A stretch of 64,000 nucleotides of DNA from Marsupella aquatica (Eukaryota > Plantae > Marchantiophyta), in contig OZ316897.1 in the NCBI GenBank assembly GCA_973895155.1, forward strand, positions 11,989,832-12,053,831. Direction: 5' to 3'. Each line of letters opens with the position of its first letter. Position 1 is the stretch's first letter. Position numbers and translations under genes: made by a program. Under the pieces are notes generated by a model, which saw only the letters and a program-made list of their open reading frames with translations, searched no databases and was not told the DNA's origin. This document shows positions 1 to 12,141 of this stretch, piece by piece.

Positions 1-6
1 ATTGGC

Positions 7-1992
7 CTAAGGTATTGCCAAGCCTGATGCGCCTCCATCTCCGCCTCCTCCAGGTCCTCCACCATGTGGGCCAAAATTAAGGCTGAAGGTACAACCATTC
101 ATCGTGCAATTGGTCAAGGCTTTAATCTTATCAAACACAGTGTTGGTGACAGGGTTAATAACAGTCAGACTTGGCCGAGGAGCCATGCCCCTAAATCCAG
201 GTTGAGAACTCAATCCATCCCAATCAAGAGACTCCAAGAAAAACTTAAAGTCATTAAACTGTGGCTCTGAAGAAAAATGTGGCTCTGAAGAAAAATGCAA
301 AGGAACATTGGAGTCTAGCTCCTGTAGGGACGCGTCCACAGTCTGAGCCTGAACCTCAGCTCGAGTAACAACCTCTGCCTCTGTTCGCACCACCTCCTCA
401 TTGGACTGAACTACTTGCACTGGGACGCTTAAGTCAGCAGACTCGATCCTAGACGGCAAGCTTGATTCAGCAGACTCGGACACTACACACGTACACCACA
501 AAGATAACTCATTATTCCATACAAGATAACAAGTTAAAGAGTCATACAAAACTTTCCAAGAAACACATAACTCATTTAGTACCTTCAGATAGTGCTTCAT
601 CTTTTGATCTCTTTACCTGTGGTTCATCCACAAAAGCAGCAAGAGCCTCCACTAGTTCTTCGCATGTACCACCATCAATGAGCACTCGCTTCCCCTTCGT
701 TGTTTCCAAACTCATCGTTGAAGAGTAAGGAGTGCCGTCAGTGGCAGATCTCTCTGCAGCACGTACTTGAGCCTCTGAACTGCGATTGTATCTTTCATAA
801 GCACCTTCACTCTTGTGGCCAGAAATTTTCATACCAACCTTGGTGGGACACCCTCGGCCCCCATTCGTGAGATACAAGTCGTCCGTCCAGTTTTATTAGA
901 GACACCTTCAGTACCAAGGCCAGCCTCTTGGTGCAGAACTTTTAAACAAGAGCCGAGGGTTTTCTCACCAAGTCTCGACGTCGAGTACCATGCATGCGTC
1001 CTGGGGTGGTCGATGCATTGGTAAAACAGAAAGGTGGCACTCACTGGAAGATGGTGGATCAAGCTCCTCAATGTCTCGACCACATCCAAGTCATAGTTAA
1101 TCACAGCCGGCCTGAAGTGTTCTTCTTGATATCGATCCATACTTATTCTATAGTTCTTACTAAACCTCTCGTCGTACTTAACAAAGTTACCATGCACATC
1201 AGTTCCACAAATAAAGTCACACTTCATTAGATTATACAGCTCCTTACCACCACAAATGCAAAACCAGTTTAGTAAAAAGAAAATTGCCCTTCGCTGCAGG
1301 CCTCGCGAATGTGAAATTGAGGTGCTTGAATGAGCCAAAATAGTGGCTTCATCAGCGAATGTGATTACAGAAGCTTTCTTTCGAGGTAAGTTAGCCCCTG
1401 CATTCCTCGACCGCTCCATTGCCAGCACACATGCAATAGCTACCGGCTTGAAAAGTGGAGAAGACCGCATGTCAAAAACTACCTCTTCCTTACCTGATAC
1501 AACGATGCGCTTCTCTTGCTTCTTCCTCAATATATGGTGAAATGCACGGTAAAGGCCCATCAAGGTTTGGGATGGATAGACCTTACCATCCTTCTTGCAG
1601 ACCTGCTCAAAGAACTTGGTCAAAAGCAACACACAGTCGCGGCCAGACATATCCTCGAGCGGAATGGCAGTGTTCCATGACTTAAACTCACGGAACTTGT
1701 CAAGGCGGTTCTTTGCCCACTGATCAACGGCTGCGCTTGGGTTGCTCCCACCCTCGGCAAGGGTACATTGGAACTGCGCATCTTCAGGTAGAAACTCACA
1801 TGATGTGCCATTCGGGAGATTAACTGTTAGATGCTGCGGTACCAACGATTCAAGAAATATATCGGGGTCGCCATTCAGGTTCTGAATTTCAGACTCTAAA
1901 CAGGAAAACGAATCTGCACCGGATGTATTTTCGATCAAAGGCTCAGATGCAGTTTCGCTCGAGTCTGCAGCAGTCGTTGTCATTATTGACAT
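7..1992 (-). mobile_element. Crypton-like DUF3504 tyrosine recombinase gene, disrupted (1-nt frameshift ~843; intron 483-582)
   Basis: ORF 829..2061 has DUF3504/Crypton motifs (LTKFFEQVCKKDGKVYPSQTL; WYSTSRLGEKTL; SNKTGRTTCISRM). These continue after a frameshift in ORF 572..877 (GMKISGHKSEGAYERY, catalytic His/Tyr region). A GT..AG intron at 582-483 joins ORF 7..600, which ends in TNCTMNGCTFSLNF. First in-frame ATG is at 1992. Confidence 0.8.
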
Positions 1993-3244
1993 CCCAAGGC
2001 TGAATGAAGGGGCGAGCTCTCTGGTGGTCTCTGCTTCATCATTCACGAGGGAAGCAGGCAATCAGTTGGCCGAAGCCTCGTTTCGGCTCTACAATGATGC
2101 AAGATGACTATTACAAGGGAACAAATCAATGAGTGTCGAGCGACCCCGAGCAGTCTACATCTGAAGCGATCCGAACGCCCCTCATCTTCATCAATGGAGT
2201 ACTAAACGAAACTGAATGCAAGATAACAGTCGAAAACACCTTGGAATGTTTTCGGAGGCATGATCGAGCGACTTCGTCCTTAACTCCACTAGATCTTACT
2301 GCTACACAACGGCAACAGCAGTCAGAACGGCATCGAACAACAATCAAGCTCAACATTGACATGAACAGCAACATCGACATCCACAACAACATTAACATAA
2401 GCGTTGACAACAACATTGACAATAAAGATTCAACGACATTGACATCAATAACAGCATTTTCAGCATCGATTGCATTCAAGTTGAGCAATCAAGTTCAGAA
2501 TCAACACATTCAAAATGACTAGCAATTGATATATAACAAAAGGGCAGATGAAAACCAAACCACTTTACGCAGCTTGCAGCCCAATGAAGTTGCACCCAGC
2601 TCACTACAGCCGATCGTCCCGAGCTCAGAAAAACACCCTCAAGCTCTCGATGAAGTGGATGAAGCAACCTGACTACGAAGAGAAGCTCCGCTGTCAAAGC
2701 TCTTGCTCAAGCTCTCGCCGACAAAGCTCTTGCTCAAGCTTGACGCAGACGAAGCGGAACACCCGGCAGAGACGGAAACAGCCTGACGGCGTTTCCAAAA
2801 ACTGCAATGGGAAGTGGCCGCATCCTGCTGCTCGCCCACCCTAAGTAACGCCCACCCTGGAATCCACCGGCCCACTCAACAAAATCTGGGCCGTTGATTG
2901 TTAAATGGAGGGCACAGATTAGCCGCGGATTGAGCGCCTAAATGGACGACCTAGATTGGCCGCGGGAAGGGCAACCCTATGGACGGATCAGATTTGGCCG
3001 CAGGAAGCGTATCGTCGAAGCAATTCCAGATGGAGGGCCAGGATCTGCCTCGAGAAGGGAGATCCTGAATGAAGGGCCAAGATTGGCCGCGGGTACAGCA
3101 GCAGAAGGAGGCACGGAAGGTCGTATGGCCTATTCCCGATCTGGACCGTTCACTGCTGGCTGGCAAGTGGATTCTTTCAATCTGGACCACCGATTCCAGT
3201 TTTCAAAAGCCCCCTACCTTTAACGTATATTTAGGGTCCCCCCA

Positions 3245-3335
3245 TTCCTCCTTAATGAGGTATGGGGGCTTCCGTATGCCTCCCCGCTACCGCGGGTCGG
3301 CATACGGTCGCCCCCAATACCTCATTAAGGAGGAA
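3245..3335. repeat. 91-nt imperfect palindrome/hairpin
   Basis: Perfect 19-bp arms ttcctccttaatgaggtat / atacctcattaaggaggaa, then ggggg/ccccc, cgtatgcc/ggcatacg and ccgc/gcgg around a tacc loop. Confidence 0.95.
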
Positions 3336-6300
3336 GAAAGGACTATAAACATATACATCACCGGCTCACTCCCATGTCGGCCCTCACTTGGCTCCCCATG
3401 TTTTTTCCATTCCCTCGGTTCCATCCATCACTGGCTCACTCCCATGTCGGCCCTCGCTTGGCTCCCCCTGTTTCGCGCTTTCACTGTAGACAGATAAAAG
3501 TAAAAGTGCGCTCAATCCCACCTCGGCCGCTCGGCTCCCCGTCGTCGTTTCCTCCCTCCGTCGGCCCTCGGCCCTCGGCCCTCTGTTCCGCGCTTTTACT
3601 GTAGATAGTCAAAAGTAAAAAGTGCTGCGGATAGAGTAGTAGGTTTTGTCTTTCGCTGCACCTACGGTAAATGAAACAGCCAATCCAATCCACGCCGAGC
3701 CTCGGCTGTCCAGGCCCGGCAACCGAGGCAGCGCCCAAGCCAAGACCAAGCCAAGAGCAGCAGAATTCTCTGTCGAGGAATTATCCACTTGCTCTCCTCG
3801 TCTCGTCTTTTCCATTCGATGTGTGGTGAAAGAACGAAAGGAATGCTGTTTACTTCGCAGATTGGATTCCTTTTCTCGCTCCTTCCTCTCTCCGGCCATG
3901 GATGCAATCCTCGGTCGGTTTACGAGACAGACAGAGAGACAGACACACGGCCAGAATGACAGCAGCACTGCAGCAACAGCAACAGCGGAATGAGCATGAA
4001 TCGTCGTCGCTGCTCTGGATTGTTGTAAGTTGACGATGTTTGAGAATGGTTCTTTTCCACGCTTGGCTCCGCTCTTTGCCTGCTTCCCCCGATGCCCGAT
4101 CCCGTCCTGCCTCAGTGAGTGAGTTGGCCATGATTTTGCTCTCGATTTGAGTGAGTGAGAGTGATTTGTGATTTGTGATTTGTGATTCCCCTGGCCACAT
4201 TCTCCTTCCCGTCCTGAGTGAGTGAGAATGAATCGTTCTTGATTGGAGTCTGGTGGTTGTGTTTTTCCCTGCCTCCGGCTGTATTTGTCTGTCCCGGATC
4301 CCGCTCCGATTGTTAGTGAGCGAGTGAGTGTTGGTGGAAAGCACGAGTATGAATTGCTTTCCTTTGTCTCGTCCCGGGCCGCTCTTTGTCTGCCCCCGAT
4401 ATCCCTCGGATCCCCGAGTGAGTGATTGATGGTGGAAAGCATGAGCATGAATCGCACTCAATTGTAATGAGGTGAGCGAGTTTTTCGTTTCTCACGTCCG
4501 GGGCCGCTCTTTGTTTGCCTCGCCTCCCTCGCCTCCCGAGTGAGTGAGTTTTGCTCGGCTCTGCCTTTGCTCGCCATTCAGGGCCGTGAACGAGACGGAC
4601 TGGACTTGGTGCGGTTCGTTTTGAGGTGCTTCGTAAGATCATGATCTCTTTGCTGTTTGGGCAGGGAATCGTATAATATTTTAAACTTGGACACTTCGAG
4701 GAAGTGTGGGAGGAATCACGTACAGGACGGTACTTTACGGCACGCTGAAAGGAGAGATGCGATGAGTGATGATCTTGTCTCAGCGAAAGGAAGGGGTGAT
4801 GTCTCATCATGCCCGGTAGTAGTGACCGTTGTTACGGGTGATGCCGGATCTACAGCTCTCTAGTCAGCACGAGTCATTCGCGATAACAAGAGTTGTGGTT
4901 GGCTTAATTAATCAGAGTGTGGCGAATGAGGGTCAAGAGGAAACGCAAGACATGAATGGATTCGTCGCCGTGATTGGGTCTTTCTGTGTCGCCACCGCGT
5001 CAGATATATAATGATGCGGCTTCGGAAATTTGAACTGCCTGGGACTTGTCGGGCTGAGCTGTGCTGACGGCGTCAGTAGGTGCGGCTAGGATTGGATTTG
5101 ATGACAGACCGAAGGGTTGATTTTCCTTTCGAGCAGTGGCTTGCGGTGGGGTCACGACCGGGACTCTTCGGAATGGTCATTCCTGGTGATGTGGAGTTTT
5201 GATGAGCTGAGTTGAGATTCTCCTGCTGCTGTTACGCCGACGACAACGCCTATGGCTTCGTGCAGTCATTGATTCCTCAGAGGTGTGAAGTATTGAGTTG
5301 GGACCCCGCTCTGCTGTGTTGTGCTACTCGGACGACTTGGTGCATTCTTCTTCCGCTGCTAGTTTTTAATGTCGCAGGACTACTATGATTTCAGAATCGC
5401 CGAAAATTCTCCTCAGCTGCTTGAATCAGTTGATGTCGAACAGCCTTTAGAAGTGGGTCGGAAGAGGTATTATGGGACGGGCCGCATATAAATTTTCTAG
5501 CCTATACCTAGTCATCCGGGAGCTCTGATGGACCGTCCTACTATTGAAACGTCCAATTGGTCTAATCCGGAGCTGGGACACTTCGACCCTGCCGACCACA
5601 TTGACACTGCAGCTGAACCTGAGGTCTGATTCTTTTGCATACTCATTCATCCTTTTCAGATTGAAGATGAAATGTTTTTTAATTTGTCTGTATGATAACG
5701 GTAGATATTTCGATAACTACACGGGAGCGATTCGGGAAGTTGCAACCCTAATTTTGACTCGTTTCTGTCGTGTGCCTCGTCCATGGGCATGGATGGACGA
5801 GAGTGAATGAAGAGTGGAAGAGATTGAATGTCTGAACTCGTGTAACAATTTAGGGGCACAAGTATGGGCTCGTTTCACCTCTATAGAATACAAGAGAGGG
5901 ATAAGGGAGAAAAAGGGGGATAGAGGGAAGGGGTTCGGTGTTTGTGGGAGGGGGTTGGGGGATCAATGGGTGTTGCGGTGGAAGAGTTAAATCAGTTGGT
6001 AATAGTACAGGGTGCTGCAGGATGTCTGTGATGTGTTGCGGAGATTTGGAGTCTGAGATTTGTTAGTCTTTCAATGCAGTGTGTGTTTGTCGAATTGGTT
6101 GAGTGTTTGCACAGGTGTATGGTATGGGCGTCTGAGATAGAAAATCTGCGAAGATTGTGGGCCGTTTTGCGTCTGTATTTGATAGGCCCTTTGGCGAGTC
6201 CTTTTTGTTCTTCCGCGCTTTTGTCCTCCGTGTACTTCCCGTATAGTTTTGTTGAACGGTATTATGCGGAACCAAACTGTCTAAAGCGTTTCCCTCTCGC

Positions 6301-6394
6301 ATAGCCTGGCATCTGATCATATTACGTTAGCAAGTTTGTTTTGGAAGTAGGGAACTAGAAAGAGAATTTGACATTTGTATACTTGGACCTGTAG

Positions 6395-9300
6395 GCTTTT
6401 GACTCTTCAACGATTGATCCCAGTCACATCATTCATCTGATACGACAGCTACTACCGAATGGCACACAGCTGGACGCTGTCCGATCAGAATTTCTTCCAG
6501 TAGGGTTAAAGTCCACGACTGCAGAGAATGTATATGCAGGCAAGAATGGTATTATACATGAAGCATTGCAGAATGTAGAGGGCGGGCCAATACCCAAGAA
6601 CGGTACGATACATGCAGGACCAGTCAATGAAATTTTGTCCTCGAAACAGGGAAAGGCCGCCGATATAAGTAACACAGGCTCTGCGGCTGAATCTGCTTCG
6701 ACAGTGTACCCAACCGGGGATCTCACATCGGAACAAGGTTCACAGGCTGTCAATCTCATTCAAGAAAAAGGTAATTACAGACAAGAGAACGGAAATCACG
6801 TTGAACAGAATGGCTATCATTTTGAAGATCACCGAGAACTAAGCAGGAAGAGGAGTCGGGGAGGGGGGAATCTTTTGGAGCAGAATGGGGATACTTCAGA
6901 TTATTTGGCCAATAGTAGTTCAAGAAACTCGGAAAAGCCTTCTGGCACTGCCTCAGTTTCTGAGAGGCCATGCAAGGCCGATGGCAGCGTGGAGGAGAGG
7001 ACTCCTGGCTCCGCAGATGTAGGATGTGCAGGAAGGGAGCTGAACAGTGATGCACATCAAAAGACGAGTGGTGATGACGATGTGCGAGAAGAAGCAGGCT
7101 GCGTTCTTTGGGATCTTGCTGCGACTGAGTCTCACGCAGAATTTCTGGTACTTAAAATTTGTCTGTTGTAATTATTTTGGTAATTGTTCGTGTTGTGCAT
7201 AAATTTTTGTTGGTGGGCCGGCGGACGGGGGTGTTGTTGGAGGCGAGGGTTGTCCAGCTTGACTACAGGGTTTTAGACTGGTACTATGATATGGCCGATA
7301 CTTATGGTCTATTTGATGCAGGTCATGGTCATCGTGTTCCCATATATCACGGAGGTTTAGATTGTGATTAGTTGATCTGTGATTTAGTGATTGTTTGAAC
7401 CGCCTTGCTTATTTCACTGAGTTCGAAAGTCTGTCATGAAATAACCAATCGACCTTCAGGGGACCTTGGGGATAGAGTCTGCATCTATGTTATCGAGTTG
7501 AGACTTGGACAAGATTCATATGTCATGTCGTTAACTGTTGTTCCATAGCTTTGGTTCCACTTAATGAAACCTTTTTTAATGATTAGTCTGGTAAGGTGCC
7601 AGTTTACGAGCTATAGTGCACTCTCGATGGTTTGCATTCTCGTGACTGCAGGTGATAATAATGAGCTGCTTCTGTGACTGCGTACATGATCACCATTAAT
7701 TGTCTGTGCTGTGCTTCGCAGCTGGAGCACCATATTTTGGAGGTACTGCTGGCATTTCTGAGTGTCCCACACTCTGATCGAATGCGGGTAAGTACATCGA
7801 GAATTGAGGCCGGCGTTGTTGGATTCTTAGAAGATCCAGATCGTATATGAACTTTCTTGGTAGTAATGAGTGGTTTGGACAATCGTGTGACTTTCATGTG
7901 ATCTGTCTTTGACCACAGGAAATCTGTCTTGGCGTGTTTGGCAATCTGGCTTGCCATCCAGGGCCTGTAAAGGCAATGGTCGCAACCTGTGGCCTCGTAG
8001 AAACCGTTGTCCGACAACTCTTTGTGGACAATGTACCAAGTCTCACAGAAACGTGCAGGTGATACAACTGGGAAGTTTGTTTTGTCACGGTCATGCTGTA
8101 GTGAGCAGAATGGAGGATTTGAATTGATTGGAATGAGAGATTAATTTGGAAAGCAATAGAACATGGCATCCTTTCTTTTGGTTGGTGAATATTTCGTCTT
8201 CCGTACCCTTTCTAGAGTTTGCTAAGGGCCTGGAATTGTTTATCTAGTCCAAACACAAGGACGATTATGTGAAGAATTTTCCTCTATAATAACCTTACAG
8301 CATTCTTAGGTCTAGTGCGCAGTCATCATTAGGAGTTTTTGGTCGAGTGGGCATGCCGGTAGGCAGTCATCACTAGGTCTAAATATTATGTCGCATTGCA
8401 TGCACTAGCATCTTCGTGATAAAGTTTTCGTTGACGAGGTTTCTTTGAAAGTTGATGTCACATTTTCAGCAACCATTGTGAGCATTTCCTAGTGTGTATC
8501 TCTATAGCATTTGAGTCGATCAGTCACTGCTACGCACAACAGGATTGGGAGAGGCAAGTGTTGATAGGAAAACCTCACAGGGGCTGTTTAAACTAGAAAG
8601 TCAGTAGTTTGCAAGTACTGAAACTTAAAAATAGCTGTACTTCGTTTCACATTTCTTGCCGGGAGCATTCCAGTGACACGAGTGTTGTGATTTTTGTAGA
8701 TTGTTGAGTGCCGGTCTTCATAGTGAAGTGACAGTAGCCTGGGTGGAGAGCATACAGCCAGATAATGTGTTGGAGCGAATCATGTGGATGGCAGTCAACA
8801 CACTGGATTCGCAGCTTCTGGAAAAGGCAAACACAGCGCCCTCAGGAATCTTTGGAATTTGGAACAGTTTCTCATAAAAAAAATTCGCTTTATACTATCA
8901 CAGTTATTAACCACGGAGTTATTATGTACTGGAGTTATTTGGAACTTTTGCTCGTTCTTTAAAATACTGATCTCTTCTCTATAGCCTCCAGTTTCGAAAC
9001 TAGTGATTTTTGTTTACTAGAAGCTTCTCTGTTTGTTGATGAAATTATCGGTGGTTTGGGCTCCCCCACATTATTCGACTCGTGACGGTAGCTTTCCCCA
9101 GCCATTTTTGGAATTGCAGTATGGAAAGATTACAATAGGTGTTACATGTTGAGTCTTGCGTCTATGTCATATTCACTGAAGACTGTCGTTAGCCTGTATT
9201 CCTTTTAATCCTTGTAGTACTTGTGGAGTTCAGCTTGTGAACATGTCCGGATTCTGGTTTTGGATTCACAGCTGAGGCTCCCATTAAAGCTCAGGCACAC

Positions 9301-10960
9301 AATGAACTGATGATTTTGATCGAGCATAGTAGGGAAACTGTAATCATTCTCCTTTGTCGTTTGCACCAGTGTACCGAGTTGATTCTTGCGATGGTGGACA
9401 GTCGAAGAGATGCAGCTTTTGTGCTACTCCCATCGTTGTTGCGACTAGGTCTGCCAGGGTTGCTTACTGATCTTATCGATTGTGAAGTCACTGCCATATA
9501 TGAAGGGACATCATCACGAGGGTAGGCTTCACATATCGAGACCTAAATTCTCTTTTCTTTGAGTACATTGAAGGTGCCTCGTTTTTTTGAAGCATTGTAA
9601 TAAAGCTCTTTGCAGTTTTGATACTTTCGAGACGCTCAGGATTGTCGCTAACTTGTCAATCTTTGACTGGGAGCAGGGATGTTGTCTTAGATATAGTACT
9701 TCAGATAGCTGAGGCAGTATCCATTCAAGATGAGTGTGCCTCGCAACTGGCGGCTAGTCAAGAGCTCTTTTCTCTCAGCTGTCAGGTCATTTGTCTGTCA
9801 GCAAAAGATGAGGTACTGATGACCACCGTTGGCATGAATTTATCGTAACAGTTGTATTTGTTCTGGTAGTTGCTTGTCGTGACATAATAGGTTGACCTTC
9901 CTTCAGCAGACGTGGAAGAGACGCTATGAGATCTTTGATTCCTTACTCGTTGTCATGTCATGCATTGTTGCCACAGATTGGGCCATCTGGTATCACTGCA
10001 ACTGTTCTGATTGCTAATCTTCTTACAGAAGAATCTGGGCTTATTGACCGAGTATTGAATGGTGAGCATACAGATTCTATAGACTACTTGAACATTGGAG
10101 TGGTCGTACATCCAGCAATTTGGGGAGGCTAGTGAGGAAGCTTTCCTGCATAAAATTCTTCACTTTCCTTTTCTACGTTTGATAGTTTGTATGATATTCC
10201 TATGTGCAGATTCAATATTTGTTGGACGTTTGTTGGCTCTGGTGCCTTGTGCTGGAGAAGATCCAGGGGCTCGAAATGCACTGTGGAGCATTTTGGGAAG
10301 GGTTTGCCGTCGTTTGGTATCAACAACACCGGAGAACCCTCTGCCGGGCACAGATAAAATGCTTGCAGTCCTAGCAGATGGGTGCAGTTTACTCTTGGAT
10401 GACTTGGACGTACATCAAGAAGACGATGTCGAGGAAGAAGATCAAGCCCTTGCAGGGCACGACGCTGCGGCCAGCACCAGCAGGGGCCTACAGGCCAAAC
10501 TAGCAACGGTATTGGTCTTTTTGAACCCTCGCGTGAATTGATGTGATGTGACGTATTCAATGAAATGACTGCACAACTCAATGTTTTAATTCGTTCTCCA
10601 GTTTGTTGTCGCTTTGGTGTTGATGTCTTATGAAATTTGTTTCGACTGTTTACAGCTTTCCAATGTCTTTTGCAGGTTGATAATTTGAAGCGCATAATGG
10701 ACCAATGGTATGCTGCACATGGTGGCAGCTCAGCCCTTGAAATGCCCCTTTGCCGACCAGTAAGGAATGCAAGGGCACTGTTGAAAAAGTATGTATCAAC
10801 CAGTGGAGTTGCATCGGGGTCAACTGGGAGAGATTCGTCTGGGGCTGTTCAAAATGGGGACGTTAGTTCAAGTGTGCTGGCAAGCACTGCCAAATCAAAC
10901 CTACTTGCTGGCTGCACAACTTCCCAGTCTGGTAAGAAAGAAACCCTTCTAGACAAGTAG
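6395..10960 (+). CDS. SAAL1-like ARM-repeat protein (multi-exon; 5' start not resolved, probable extra exon ~5378-5453)
   Basis: Exons approximately 6395-7147, 7721-7786, 7919-8058, 8700-8826, 9370-9521, 9677-9811, 9977-10061, 10210-10508, 10676-10960 splice in frame. Motifs FDSSTIDPSHIIHLIRQLLP, EEAGCVLWDLAA and EICLGVFGNLACH match plant SAAL1-type ARM proteins as recalled. Confidence 0.8.
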
Positions 10961-11998
10961 TGGCTGAGCCAAAGGAGCCAACAAAGACAGTCCACGTAGC
11001 GACCTCAAATGTTAAGATGGTGGAGCCTATCAATATGACTTTCAAGAATACCATAAGAGGCATGTTCTTGTTCAAGGTTCCGATAGTTGTGAGAGGTCCG
11101 TAAAGCAGAGGCTGATCATTTCATGATGGGCACATCTGTAAGGCTTGGGTGTCAGTATATTTCATGTCCATTCCACGGAGTCACTAAAACCAGGTCCTTC
11201 TTTGAAATCGTCAGGTGGTCATGGCATTGTGATTCCATACTTTTTCTGTGCACTCTCGTCCACGCTAGCCACCTTATCTTGCTGGAAGCTCAGCATGGTA
11301 TGCAACTTTGTCACTGTATTGTTGGATGCTCTTAGCTCTGGGACTGTTGGCTCGAGTCTAGCGAGACCATAGTTGTTGATAAAGTCTAGTGTTGGGGTAC
11401 TTCGAGGACTTCGAGTTCCCCATGATACTGGTGTAGTTGGGGATGAAGTCTACTGTACTGTTGAGGTGATTGAAGGACTTGGACGCCCCAATGAAACTTG
11501 TGAGGAACTAACTACATATGAGTCCGGACACACAAATACTCTTCTCGCGACTACTTTACGATAGCTCTTGGAGAAACAATGATAGGGCTCCATTCTAGCT
11601 CCTCATTCAAAGCCTACTATTGTAATTCCCACTAATATCTCCAAACCTGCACTATATTATACGTCGTTCCCAAAACTTTCTAGTATTTTGAAGCTTGTTA
11701 AACCCTGAACAGTTCTGCATCGTGCTCATGAACTTGACGTATAGTTGTCTCCAAAGAATTCAAGCCCATCAGTTTGAGTTAGAATTGTCTCCAAAGTTCC
11801 CAAGCTGGTTGAAGCTTGGATAAGAGCATTTGCAGATGTCAGGCCCATTCCCTGAAAACCCAAAGTCGTACCGTCAAATAGACAGAATTCGATGGGTCTC
11901 CTAAATAAAGGGAGATGTCGTGGTCTAAAAGAAATTTTAGAGAGGAAAGATGGAAACCTGACCTGAGACAAAAGAGCTGCACAAAACTGGCTCAAGGT

Positions 11999-12141
11999 CT
12001 TGGGCAGGAGAGAACCCATCCTAGCATCTTCACTTAGGTAGTGTATAGGAAATATAAAACCCAAATGTAGTCTTGGGCAGGGGAAACCCCATCCTAGCAT
12101 CTTCACTTAGGTAGTGTATAGGAAATATAAAACCCAAATGT
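11999..12141. repeat. Two-copy tandem duplication (~73 bp)
   Basis: cccatcctagcatcttcacttaggtagtgtataggaaatataaaacccaaatgta occurs twice back to back. Confidence 0.9.

Noticed and set aside
2126-2522. ORFs on both strands upstream of the recombinase
   Set aside because: Low-complexity (caa/gac)-rich sequence with no recognisable domain; likely UTR or intron.
3609-4461. 282-aa and 203-aa minus-strand ORFs
   Set aside because: Arise from repetitive GC-rich sequence; no domain motifs.
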